Source: Hydrolagus colliei (taxonomy: Eukaryota). From it: 64,000 nucleotides of DNA. Shown in pieces: positions 13,301 through 25,960 of the stretch. Position numbers and translations under genes: made by a program. Numbering within the stretch: the first letter of the stretch is position 1; each line of letters opens with the position of its first letter. The notes below the pieces were generated by a model that saw only the letters and a list, made by a program, of their open reading frames with translations, ran no database searches and was not told the DNA's origin. Where the stretch lies: assembly GCA_035084275.1 (NCBI GenBank), contig CM068749.1, positions 18,166,001-18,230,000 on the forward strand, written 5' to 3'.

Positions 13301-16093
13301 CACAACTACCTCTTTCGCGCCCCCGATGGTAGAGCACATGCTGAATTTCCTGATCTATTTTGATCAATAGATCCTGGGTTAGAGAGGTTGAATCATCTGG
13401 GTCCTAGTCCCTGCGATTGGTAATATGTGGCAGCTGGGTGGGGCTTGGTTCTGATGACCTCCACGGTTGTGAGGCTTGCTACCACTCATTGCCAAGGTCA
13501 CAACAGTCATTTGGACAGGCCAACTAGCACATGTAGGAACTGCGCCCATGGAATTGGAAGACTGGGATAACAGGGAGATTAAAAAAAAAACACAAAATAT
13601 AAATGGATGCACAAAATAACAGTAAGAAAAACCCCCCACCGGTGATCTGATGTGGCTATACAATACATGCAAAAGCACAATTTTTCGTATATTGAGTGCT
13701 TCTATCTCTCAATGACACATTTATCTGGCAGTTGGGAGAACCCACACTCTTTGTGGCTTTAAATATAATTGACTAAGGATAATATTGTTACTTTCTCAAC
13801 CTCAACAATGTAAAAAAATATCATGTTTCAAGGATCCAAAGTGATGTGTGCGTGTAAACTAACTAATGGCAATCAAGAATATTAGTATTTATAGTTTTCA
13901 AGCTGAAAACCGGTATCATTGGGGAATAGCAGAATTCTGTACACCTGCCCTCTGCCAGCTGTATGCAAAATTGTACAGTTTAGTGGACTAGCATCGGGAC
14001 AAACAGATTGGGTGTGAAGCAGAAGATAATTTTAAATCATTTTTCACCATCAAAATAATAACAAAACAAGCAACAAACAAAAATATAAACAGATTATTAA
14101 TCACATATAATTGCTGTTATTTAAACAGAGATAATTCAAATATAGAATCAGAAACAATCCTGTAGAGTGTTTAAACTAGTTTTGTATTATGGAAATTAAT
14201 AGCTGTTCCATAAACTCAATTGCAACAAATAGTCACCCTAGAAAGCAATGAAGTAAATCTTCTGAAGGTTTTAAATTCAAGAACTGTTCGAATGTAGAGG
14301 ATAAAGGTGCTCCCAATTATATACTAGGTACAGTACTATACAAAACTTTGAGCCTTCAATTCCAAATTAAAGAGTTGGTGCAAAAAGATTATTGCAGTAA
14401 AGCCGCTGTAAAGATCAGTAATATAGAAATAGTTTTAATTGATCTACTATGCGCCCCTTTTTTTTAGGTCTCAATATTATGCTTCAATTCAGTTGGGAAA
14501 TCCTACATGCTCCTTTAAATTCTATGCCTACATTAAAAATGTAGGCCCATTCCTTCTTGTACCACATTAATTATATTTTTGTAAGTCTGGAAGGAGTGAA
14601 TTGTGAGAAGCCTTTCAACAATAAGGACATAAATTCTCCACTTACCCAGCCTTTGTTAAAAAAATGTCTCTTGCTCAATTGAGGCTTTACCATGGAGTTC
14701 CAGATTGAATGCTGGATAGCCTGTTACATCACAGAAGAACACATTTCTTTCACCAGAATCTAAGAAGCTGCAGGGATTGATGCCAAAGGTGAAGACACTT
14801 CCCCAACCGTCCTGGAACAAGACAGATCGAATTCAATAGGCCCAGTCATCAATAGAGAGAGTAGAATAGAATCACAAGTACTATAAATGGTGGGATATGA
14901 AATCCAGTTCTAGAAAACTGTGGGGGAATGCAAGCACAATAATAACTGGCACAAATAGTAAAACCCCCATCAAATTGAAGAAGATAAGACACATAAAAAA
15001 CCTTCCAGTTAAATTTAAAATAATTAAATTATTTTCATTTGGTCCTGAATGTATTTATGGGGGAAGTAGAGTGGAACAGTAGAATTATTATTGGCAGTAA
15101 CAGTGTGAATGCCCTATTTTGCTTATGCTTGTGATTTGGCCTCGTTAGTGAGGGTGATATTTTGATCACTATCAGCTGCTAATAACAAAAGGATAAAAGT
15201 GGCCTGAATCATGAGATGTCCTCCTTACTGAAGTGATCACAAGGTGAGTTTCACTGCCATAAGCATTACCTCAGTGGAAAGCAAATAACTGGTCTGTTCA
15301 AATTAACAAGTAGAAAAAACTTACCAACAACAAATGGAGCTATAAGCATCCTGAAATCAAATCGCTGAATTCCAATCAGCCAGTTCCAACTTCTAGCATT
15401 TGATGAACTATTAATTATTGCAAAAACTGAACAAAATATTTCCTAGATGAATATATACTGTATACGCAATGTCATAATAAATATATTAGATGAATTCTAC
15501 ACTCACTTACCTGATATACTAAATCTCCATACATACCTGTATCAAGGACAGACAATTCTGAGGATGAGGGTACTTTTTGGAAGATTCAGGTATTCCATTC
15601 ACCTGCATGCAAAATGCGTTCTCTGAAAGGGAAACCCTAGCTTTGGACGTAGAGGTTTTGTTCTGGGGAGAGTTTGCTTGAACCTGATGTCCATGAGTTT
15701 TTGACTCAATCTGTCATTTGTAAAACAATGTGAGATGTGGAAAATAGCCTTTGGTAAAGGTGATGAAAATTGTTGACGTGTAAAAACTCGCCACCGTATT
15801 GGATTCCTGCAATTTGTTTCACAATATCCAATTGTCGTGGAAGAGCAAGCAGCATTTAGGAGAAGGCATCCAAGCATATCTGTGAAAGATACGATTCTAT
15901 GATAGTCACTACATAGCCATTGTCATCCCAATGGCTCACTTGGTAAAGTTACTGTCCAGTGTCAAATAAATTAAGATAGTTCCAGGTTCAATCCCCAGCT
16001 GTCACCTGATCCAATCTGGGTGGCATTGGCAATGCAAAACTTGGCTTTATTTCCAATAGGTTAGTTCCCCAAAATAATGCTCCATTTAAATGC

Positions 16094-17003
16094 AGGAAAT
16101 GCAAGCTAGCAAATAGTCTGTACATGCTTTCCTAACACAAATGAAAGTCAGGTACAATTTTGAGTAAAAATATCATAGGGGAGCTTGAGGATTCTCCTAT
16201 CTAAGTGCCATCAAGACACACTGAGTTCACTAATGGATTCCTAGGCTGGTGAAGGGGCAATCAGACAAGAATTGCACTCTTGATTGCCAACAAGTGACAC
16301 TGATGGAATGGATACCAGGACACAATGCACCTTAGCAATGATGTCCTCATAAAGACATAGTCCACTGTTCACTGCCTAAAATCACTCATGGTGAATAGCC
16401 ACTTGGCTAAAATGTGGAAGAAATAAGAAAGAATCTATAAGTTTCTTAAAACCTCCACATACAAATATAATGATACCAAAATAGCTTAGAAATTGATGGT
16501 GGAGCCGGAAAAGAGCATATAAGCACATTATGTGATATGACACAAATAAATTTATGAAAACATGTGAAGTGTTCCAGGTGGCTTAAAAATAGAAAGTTCC
16601 TCATTTTGGTCCGTGAGATGACATTCCCTGGTTGTCAACTAAGGACTATGGACTCAGACATCTCCCGGAGCCTCTGCACTGCTAGGGACTGATATTATGA
16701 ATAAATTCTACTATCCAATCAATTACTTCTGTTTACTGATGGATTTTACTCGGATAGTTCCAACAGGAAACATAATTTCCTAGATCAGTATAAGCATTTG
16801 GTTATGTTTACATAAAGCTAAAGCTCTCTGGACATCAACCAAGTAATACTTCCTTTCAGTGGAGGAAATGCGAGCTGGCAGATAAACCATCAGCACAGTG
16901 ATTTCCTGACATAAGTGAGACAGATACAATTTTCAGTAAAAATATCACATGGAGCTTAAGAATTATCCCATCCAAATGCCATTAAGACACAATGAGTTCA
17001 CTA
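16094..17003 (+). repeat. Diverged ~140-bp direct repeat (16094-16232 and 16863-17003)
   Basis: Shared AGGAAATGC.AGCT.GCA, TACAATTTT.AGTAAAAATATCA, GGAGCTT.AG.ATT and TGCCAT.AAGACACA.TGAGTTCACTA. Confidence 0.8.
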
Positions 17004-17829
17004 TTCCTTCCTGCCAAAATGAAAGCCAAAAAAGCATAATTTTCCCCAAATGTTCTCCCTTTGTCTCCTCGTGAAGATGCAGATTCTTAGTAGGGTAAAT
17101 TGACACCTCTTTCTGTGTGAGTCTGGACAGTGAATGTTGTTAAGCTATTAATTGTCAAGAGTTGGAACCTACCTTAAAAATTTTAAAGGGAATCCTGATT
17201 TTTCCCTTTCCGAGATTAATGGATTCAATTAAAATAACTACCACTGGTCCAGTTGATTTCAGGTCATTTAAGAATTTAATTCAAGAAACAAAGATCATAA
17301 CAGATTATGACCTTCTTAATCTGTTGTCACAAAAGCAAAGATCAGTGCATTTCCTGAGCCATCATACCAGTTGCAAAAGGAAAAGAATTTCAATTGCAAA
17401 TAATTCACATTAATTCATATAACTCACAGATTCACACAATTCTAATATAAATTTACTCCAAGCCAGATTGAATTCCAGGTGAAAGTTAGCTGTTAGATGA
17501 AAAGCTTACTTTCCAGGTGTCAGATACATTTGGACACCAGAGTGTTCCCCAATAGCCATTCACACCTGAGGAGATAAGCATAGATACCAATAATATGAAG
17601 TCACAATATACTAGAACAAAATCACTGGGATGTCACACTATAGTAATGGGTGATAGTTTATGGTCTAGGAATGAACAAGCAATCTGAATCTTCAGTCTCT
17701 GTTTTTCTCGATTGTTGTCACTGATATCACCTGAATTTCCCGATAACAATGTAGATTTCGAGCTACTTTAGTTGATTCTGTCCATAATAAAAACTTATAA
17801 CATATGAGAATGGGTGACTTTGATGATAA

Positions 17830-18125
17830 ACCGACAGTTTACGGACCAGGAAATCACTGGTTCGAATCAGATCAGTATTGATCTCAGCGGATCAGGGAGT
17901 GGAAAAAACACAGCAAAGGTTCCAACTCCTGGTCCCTCCACTGCACCCTCTACTGGTTGTGCAAGTGAGTGCCAGTGAGTTGGGGTCAGGCATGGACTGT
18001 TGATGTTCTGTGCAGTTGAGTAGCCTGCTGGCACTCACTGCCAACGATGACACATGAAGAATGGCCACTTGGATGTGTACCAGAGGATAACCATTGCCTG
18101 TGGAACAGCCTATCAGGAAGAAAAG
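17830..18125 (+). mobile_element. Ancient SINE-like repeat (AmnSINE2-like by recollection)
   Basis: Motifs GACCAGGAA..GGTTCGAATC, TGATCTCAGC, TAGCCTGCTGGCACTCACTG and CACATGAAGAATGGCCACTTGG. Diverged copies at ~13375-13550, 15920-16040, 26040-26310 and (minus) 55965-56135. Confidence 0.6.
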
Positions 18126-18129
18126 GTCA

Positions 18130-18450
18130 GTCCAGGAGCAGAGGTATATTCAGTGAAGAGAAAAATTTGAAAGGAATAATTCGACACAATATACTCTGTT
18201 TTTTTAAACAGGAAAATACGAGAACAATTTTTTTTCCCCCAGCAGAGGTTTATTCCTCTTTGATGGCACATTTCTGTGCTTTGAGACAAGAAACGTCCTC
18301 TCCATAGTATGGAGAATATGTCAGCTATAAATGAGTCCTCAAACTTGGGAGCTCTATACAGTATCCTGAAAGGAAACTGGCTTCTCTAAAAACAGTTTGA
18401 ATGACATATACACGGACTCAAACGATCAAATGATCCCTATTATGATTTTG
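18130..18450 (+). mobile_element. Degenerate CR1 LINE 3' fragment
   Basis: RGIFSEEKNLKGII...IFFPPAE resembles CR1 LGLFSLEKRRLRGDLI...LFP. Similar remnants at ~38600-38770 and ~52700-53110. Confidence 0.45.
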
Positions 18451-18639
18451 GTAGTTCAGAAAAATGCAAATTTTATTGTGGATAATCAAACTGATCGAAT
18501 GTAATATATTCATAGCTTATTGCCGGTGACCAGATTTTGTAATTACCATTTGTTACTTTGAATATGTTTGTTCACGTTCCTTTAGTTAAAAATATAATGG
18601 TTTCCTCCTCAATTGTTTGGGTGCTCCATATTATTTGTA

Positions 18640-18797
18640 TGTTGCTATAATTGGAGCAATTCAATTAATTCAGCTTTTTGTTTTCGCCCATAAATATACA
18701 GTCAATTCACTTTACACTATATTCTGTGAAAAGCTTTTAGACGTCGATAAGATGTGAAAAGCACTATATCAAATGCAAGGATTATTATTATTACATT
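18640..18797 (+). mobile_element. SINE 3' fragment
   Basis: AGTCAATTCACTTTACACTATATTCTGTGAAAAGC...ATCAAATGCAAGGATTATTATTA. Confidence 0.8.
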
Positions 18798-21700
18798 ACT
18801 ATGTACAAATTCACTTCAACAGAGCATATATACTGATGCATAAATGATTTCTATAAATTAGCTGGACTTTTGAAATGCTCACACCTCACCCATCAGTGAT
18901 TAGCTGATCTTAGCAACATTTGTTTCATTATTGGTTATGTAATGAGCCGAGTCCAGGTACTTTATCATGGCCTCCTCAAATGGCAAATTAATGGGTTACA
19001 AAGTAATTGCTAGATTCAAAGCTCGGCATAGATCTCTTCCAACGAACTTCCACACTGATTTGTCCTTGACCAGAGAAAGAAACCCAAAAATGTACCAGTC
19101 TTTCCTGAAGCTCAACAAACAAGTGTACCCTTCAGATCCAAATTAAATGGGTGTTTCAGAGATAGAGGGCAAATCATGTGGCTTGAATTTACAGCTGGCA
19201 TGACACCAGGAACCACTGAGCACTACCTCTTCACTAGTGTATGGTAGCTACTCATGGCATTACCAGTAACTTGCAACTAGATTGTGGCAATATTCAAAAG
19301 TGACTCCAGTTACTATCAAAGGTTACAAATATATATATATATAAGTCGTGAATATGTCGTGAATATGTTTAAAACGTCTTACATTCCAGTCACAATCTTA
19401 ATGTTCAGCGAGTTACATAATGTAATCAAGAAATTATTTCAAACTCAGCCATTTCTTTCTTTTGCACAAGCCATTCAAATAAGTGCGAGAGAAAATCTGA
19501 AAAACAGCTTTCTTTCAGTCAGTCGACAGACCATTCTAACACCTTGTTACATGGAGCAGAAGATTTCCATCTTTTAATTCTCAGCTGTCACACAAAAAAA
19601 ACTGTCTGTATATCGCTAGTCCAGAAAATAACATAGAAAACTCATTCCTGTGTATTCCTGGTACTCTTATTTAATGGCATTAGGCCAACAAACAGTTTTT
19701 TTTTGCTTTCTACGATGTGCAAATAATTCTGTTCCAATTTCTGGTTATCAGTGCTAAATGCTTATAATTTCCTATTGTAAAGTAAGCAGTAATAATCTCT
19801 GTTTTGGTCACACATCAATTATTAGTTCAACCAAATAGTGCACTAACTAGTCTGAAATAGTTTTGTCTGATCAATTAGCAATTCTAAGCAGGTTAATATA
19901 CCAGTCTGATTTTCTTGCATACTATTATCTCTATACATACCAAATACGTGCTGGAACATTTGAATACAGCAGATAAGTTCATGATGCTTTCAAACATTCC
20001 ACGTTGCAGCGCTCGATGTGTCTCCTAGTGAAATAGTACTTTTCCTACATATCACCAAGATGGAATAGAATGTTATTATATGTTATCATTATATAAATGT
20101 AAATCTATTTTTTTTATTGTACAATATTGTAATGAGTCACTCTGATGTGCTATACCATGTAGACAGTTGGACTGGAAGTCCTAAACCTCATCAATATGTT
20201 GCCTAGGTCTCTTAACTGGTGTTGAAAAATCATGAAAACATTATTTTGGCAGTGAGTCTATTTCTTAATGCATCGAGAAAGAAGCTCCTGTGAAATTTAT
20301 ATCCTGTGACTGATCTTATCCCGGTTCACTAGGAGATCTCGCCACCTGAACAGAATCTTAAAGCCAATTATAATGGACTCTGTTATAATGAACCCCTTTA
20401 TAATGACAAGCTTTGAACGTTCTAATGCAGTAGTCATTCAGCTACTAGTGAAACGCCTCCTATAATGACATTTTGACATATCAAATGAAATGCTTCAACA
20501 GTGCCGGGTTATACTGGTACAGCACCAATTCTGTCAAGATAGATTCATATAAATTTAAATGGCCATTTTTTTTCCCACTGTCTAATTACCTCTAATATAA
20601 TCAATGCATTACCAAACTGGCTCTCTGTTTGTGTGTTCAAGAGTGCAGTCAGTCATGTGCAGATTGTGTTAGTGGCTGCTAATATATATATTTGTTTAAA
20701 AAGCACTTTGACTCCCTAATGAAATCCATAGTAGAATTACACTGGTGAGTGAAGCAACTAAAAGAATTAATAACTATACCAAAGTGAAAAAAACAAACTG
20801 CACCCCTGGGGTATTATAGAGATGAAAGCAGATTGTAGAATTTGAGATATAAAAAGAATTAGCTGTAATTTAATGACAAACAATAGTTCATTGCCAATAA
20901 CATGCATTCACACATCATTACATTTTAGAAAGATATTTAGATCGATTTAATCCTTAATATGTCAAAATATCAGGGTGAAAATATGTTACTTGAATGATGA
21001 TCCTGATTTTTTTTAAATGCATAAAATTAAGATAGAATTTCATGAACAATTACAATCTATGGGAATGCAATCTGTTATAGGATTAAAGTAAATGTTAAAC
21101 AACATTTCTTTATTACAAGATCATAATTATGATTGCATACCTCAGTGATTTTTAGTTAGTTTTTATTTGTGTTTATTTATTGCAATGCTGATTTAAATGT
21201 TGATTAAATATGAATGCATTTTTTAAAATCTTCCACTTCATTAAATAATCTGGTTGTCAGACAATTTAACAATTGACACAGGATTTTTTATCTATTTTTG
21301 CGGATAAACCTATTCCAATGTGCAGTCCAAAAAGTTGTCATTCAAAGTACAGTACAATGCTGAACATGTCTTTTTTCTATGGTCTTCAGAACCAAAACAA
21401 ATAGTTCCTGCACAAAGTTTGTGCTATCTCACCAACAAGTTGGTTACCATGGCCAGTATAACATCATTGTGACACTTGTTGAAACTGGAATTCCTTCAGC
21501 ATGTTGGAGATTATAAATCCAAATAAAAATTGGGGGATTCATTCATCAAAGTAATTATGTTATCCACCACTCATGTCATGGTCTGACCTTTTAAAGATTT
21601 CTCATGCAAGCGATTGAATATCTGCCAGTTTTTCCGGAATGTCCAGGACCATTCTAGATAGTTATATCTTGACAATTCTGCAGTCTGTTTGCAATATCAA

Positions 21701-21979
21701 TAGCAAAATCAAGAGCCTATAAGATCACAGGTTAAGTCACAGTAGGCGGTTTATATCATCATATATTATTAAATTTTCACCTGAACATGAAGTAGTGTCC
21801 TTCTATGTACTTTAACTCCATCTTGCCACACATTGCAACTGTGCGAATGTGGCTAATAGTTCTGAGCAGAGATGCATCAAAAGAAATCATCAAGTCCTGA
21901 TGTGAATCAGTGTACTACCTCTCAATTCACTGAATTCTGACACTAATATTTTGTGCAAATGTCCCACTCAGTAACCATT

Positions 21980-22381
21980 TATAATAATCTTTCCATTTGA
22001 TATAGTGCCTTATCACATCTTCGATTTGTCTCAATGTACATCACACAATATGATGTACATTGTGTAAAGTGCATTGATGTAAAGTACATTGATGTAAAGT
22101 GAATTATGGGCAAAATACAGCAGCCAATTGCACATAGCAGTATCCCCAAAACAATTGTGGATTGAGTGACCAAATTATTATTAATAATCTTTTTTAAAGG
22201 GATTTTTTTTTACCCATAAAAGCGGTCCACCAATCGACTAACAACTGGGTTACTACTTACTTAGGTAAACAGAGGGATGTGGTGTAAGGATACTTAGCTA
22301 ACGTTTCATGCTGCCCAGGAATCAATCCCAGGTTCTCTCGCTTATGAGGCGAATGCTTCGACCAACACACTGCAGGACCCC
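21980..22381 (-). mobile_element. tRNA-derived SINE (same family, reverse orientation)
   Basis: Reverse complement has the tRNA-like head, the CAGTTGTTAGTCGATTGG body shared with the 45200 copy, and the tail. Confidence 0.8.
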
Positions 22382-22769
22382 AGTTATGCTAATAGAATTT
22401 TAAAAGTTATAAAACAGATTCATAGCTATGTTAGTGTTATATCCTAACCACCAGGATGACAGTACAATATAAAAAATGTTAAAAGAGTCTGATAAAAGCA
22501 TAAAGCTGGTGTACTTCAACAGTCTATATAATTTATTTTTAATGGTCTAGAATATAAGAGATGAAAGTGTAATTTTTTTAAGATCAGCCATCATCAAAGG
22601 ACAGTAATGTACAACATAAAAATATTGTATAACCCTTACACTTTAGATTGTAAACTGATTTAGCAAGGGATTTCCTATTAATGGGTACATTTAGCCCATA
22701 ATCACATATTGTATAGTTATTTTAAGGTTATGTAACTGTTGGACAATAAGGACACAAGACTTTGAAACA

Positions 22770-24816
22770 CCATTAATGTATGACTGTACATTTTATTTCT
22801 GCCACTAGATAAGTAGACTTGTAGTAATAGCACATTTTGACATAGTGTTTACACAGTTTACTTACAAATATGAGCGTGCACAATCATTCTGAGCACTTGA
22901 TATCATGTACTAGTGTAATTAAGGAACTTACACTATGTATCACCAATTTCATTAAATGCCTAAAGGATACAGTAGTGAGATTTTAAGAAAACTCCAAAGG
23001 GTAACTGTACTTAGACCTCTCAAATGTAAAGAACATGCTTTCATTTACCATTAGATAAAATTGTACAGAAAAAATATAATTTCACGTTATCCAATTGAAA
23101 TATAGGGGCTTGGAAAAAAATGCAAACAAGTTAGGCAGGAGAAATTATTTGTAGCAAATCAAAAACTACACTGAATTAGTACCTGTAAACCTATTTCTTC
23201 AAATGACTCAACTGCTCAAATACTATTTAAACCTATTTTAGAAAATACAAATATAAAATTGAATAATATCCATCTCAATAGCAATGCACCCTGATATTTC
23301 TGTACACACAATACCTAGTAAGAGACAAGTACATACATTTGCTGACTTGTCCTCAGGCAGATGAATATTGACCTCTGTGAGGAACATAATTTATAGTTAA
23401 AATTCTGTTTCTAAAAACATGGCAATTCTAAAACAATTAGTACGTTAAATGTACAGCAGTACAGTAATCACTAAACTTGGTAAACTATCTACAAACTACC
23501 ATATTTAAAACTGGTGCTGGCTACTAGAAAATTTGCTAGTCATGTTAATTTGTGCAGAACTATAATCACTAGTAATTTCATATTATGAAGTAGCCATATA
23601 CAGATTGGATTTCAATGAAAACTGATGATAAAACAAAATCAGAAACAAATTAAGAAAATATGTAAAGAATATTGCTATGTATAATGTGCTGAGGAATTTT
23701 TAGGCCAGTAGTAAACAGCTTGTTATCAAAACTCAATGTTGGATCATGCATTTAAATGCATTATTAAACTGGTTACATTTTGAGCTTTTCTAAAGAACAC
23801 TAATGAGTCAAGTTCTACGATATGATCAGTGTTAAATTCTCCAGATCTTCGGAATAGCCATCAGTTACCCGAAGTCGTTGGGTGAGTGCTCAACTTTCAG
23901 TGAGGTTACGTAGTTGAGTCCCAGAGTTGCCAAATATTCTAATTCAGCTACTCTGATAGACAGTCTTCTAAAACACAAAAGGGATTGCACCCCTCATTGA
24001 ATCATGCTTCCTAACTAATCACAGAGCAGTATTTGTTGCTGACTGCTGAAAAGTTCACAGCCAGGCCATTCTGCTCTCCTGGTTGAAGAAGTATTTGTAA
24101 TAGAAAACTGTTTGCAAGTTTGCCAGAAATTATGAAAATGGGAAACTCAGTAATGAATACCGTTCTTTTTTTAAAAAAATTCATAGGTACAGTATTACAA
24201 TGGAATATTTTGTAACGAGAAATAAGAGAATACGTTTAAGAACCTGTACAAATTAATATTGGCAACTGTTGGGTTTATACAGCCAAATCACCTCTTCTGT
24301 AACTAAAATTAGCTCCCCACACTTGTTATGTTTGTAAACAAGAATGTTACTTCCTTAATAAATTGGAAGTTAGAATAGTGTTCATAAATGTGTCAGGAAA
24401 TTGTACACTGCATTTCCTGCTGCCATAAGGTTCCTCCAGCAAAAGGACTGTATTTGAAGTGATTAGGAAAACATCTGACTAGCTGCTTATGTTAATTTCT
24501 AGCGTTAGCTATTGTAAAATATGTTCTTGATAGTATCTACAGCTCTGACCAAACTCTTGACAAGTTTAAACACAGTACTCTTAATGCTGATTGACTGCTG
24601 GTGATCTACTGACATACAATTCTGGATATATGCATAATTACTTGAGTTTTTAAAGAACCAAGCCTTTTCAATTAATTTTAAGGTTATACATAGCTTATAT
24701 TGTTGTACTGACCTACAGAGCTTTGAAATAGAGGGCAGAATGTATCTTACTAGGTGCTCGTGGCAAAACAGCACATCAAAGTTACAACTGATTATTTCGA
24801 CGCAATTCAGAACATT
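22770..24816 (-). other. ZNF644: Probable ZNF644 3' UTR with poly(A) signal AATAAA at 22797-22792
   Basis: About 2 kb of repeat-poor AU-rich sequence follows the stop. On the minus strand AATAAA is followed ~30 nt later by GU-rich GTCTTGTGTCCTTATTGT. The end point is inferred. Confidence 0.5.
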
Positions 24817-25009
24817 TTATGATGCCGTCTGTGCCATTAGCAGAGAGAAAGACGATTCAGTTATTGGGAAACTTTCTTTTGATGGCGGCATGACTTCTAC
24901 CATTCCAGCACCAGTGCGGGGAAGATTTGCATTAACAACATGCCTCTGCAAGTGCTTGATCCAATCTTCTTGGACAGAAAGTGGACCCCGGAAGACCAGG
25001 TCACAGAAC
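24817..25009 (-). CDS. ZNF644: ZNF644 terminal coding exon (C-terminal WIZ-type zinc finger, stop TAA)
   Basis: Acceptor ATTTACAG|G (phase 2). Encodes [39 protein letters not shown]...[11 protein letters not shown]. Spliced CDS from ATG 33805 totals 4239 nt = 1412 aa plus stop. Confidence 0.95.
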
Positions 25010-25377
25010 CTGTAAATCCGTAAACAAAATGTTACTTGGATGAATATCACACGCTTAAGCTTGGTTTGATTTCTACCACCTCCTGTGATTCTTTTAAAGG
25101 CTGTGACTAAAAACCGTGGAGAATAAAACCTAACAAGATTTATTTTGACAAAGCCAAACACTAAGCGTTCAATGTGAATGATAATAAGGAATATGAAATT
25201 TAATTTCTTACATTTCACTGTAACTCATTTACATTGTGAAACAAAAAACAAAATGTAACAAAACTCAAAACTCCTCAAAACAGTCGCCTGCTAATGTGAC
25301 AATATTGACACATTACAATAGATTTTACTCTGTAAAACGAATCAAGCCCATAATAGCAAGAAAGTCAAACTGTTTAC

Positions 25378-25480
25378 CTGCATTTGAGTACGTAACCATC
25401 ATCAAGAGATGGAACAAATAGGGAAGACTTCTTTTTGGTCCCTGATCGTGATCTTGACCTCTTTTGCTTGCAGTCAAAAG
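25378..25480 (-). CDS. ZNF644: ZNF644 coding exon (103 nt, phase 1-2; correct frame not in the ORF track)
   Basis: Acceptor TTTTTTCCAG|CT and donor CAG|GTAAA. Encodes PFDCKQKRSRSRSGTKKKSSLFVPSLDDGYVLKC-R. Confidence 0.9.
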
Positions 25481-25724
25481 CTGGAAAAAAGGAGCTTTAG
25501 GAATACGTTTTATCCTCCACACAAATAATTAATTGAGGTAAATTATTTGAGTATTTCAAATTATCTGTTTATCAAACTCCCTATTGAAGATGCAGTTTAG
25601 CATAAATGTCAGATTACTTTCAAAAACAGACACCAGTTACGGTATATCATTAAATATTCCCATTTTAGGCAATACAAATATATTTAATATTATTACATAT
25701 TTAATCTTTCAAAATCCACCATCT

Positions 25725-25960
25725 ACTCGATCAACCGCATCCGCACACCACTCCTGAGCTAACCAGCTTCTTCAGCCATCCATCACCTCTTCCACTGCAA
25801 TGGCATGGGATTCCTCCCCTTTCAAAACTGCTCTCTCAACTCACCTTCTCCAGAAACCCTCACTCAACCCCACTTTCCATCTCCTTTCCCTCTCCAAGAG
25901 GTTTCAACAAGTTGTCGCCTGCCAGCTTCTCGCCTTACTCTCCCAATACTGTTTTCTTCA
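25725..25960 (+). mobile_element. Degenerate L2 RT N-terminal fragment
   Basis: FKTALSTHLLQKPSLNP..LSKRFQQVVACQL resembles the L2 FKtA.i.PllKKpsLDp...lSK.lEkvVa.QL region; C-rich composition. Confidence 0.6.

Larger units (their letters stand above)
14646..21716 (-). pseudogene. Possible decayed multi-exon gene (tentatively VWA-domain/INTS14-like)
   Basis: Series of AG..GT-bounded, protein-like segments on one strand: 21716-21588, 20024-19941, ~19104-18890, 17565-17510, 17320-17173, 15879-15603 and 14720-14646. Some are open, others carry stops or frameshifts. Family resemblance is by eye only. Confidence 0.35.

Noticed and set aside
17162-17413. Plus-strand 83-aa protein-looking ORF
   Set aside because: Non-ATG start and weak plus-strand splice signals; better explained as the antisense shadow of the minus-strand exon-like segment, though not fully excluded.
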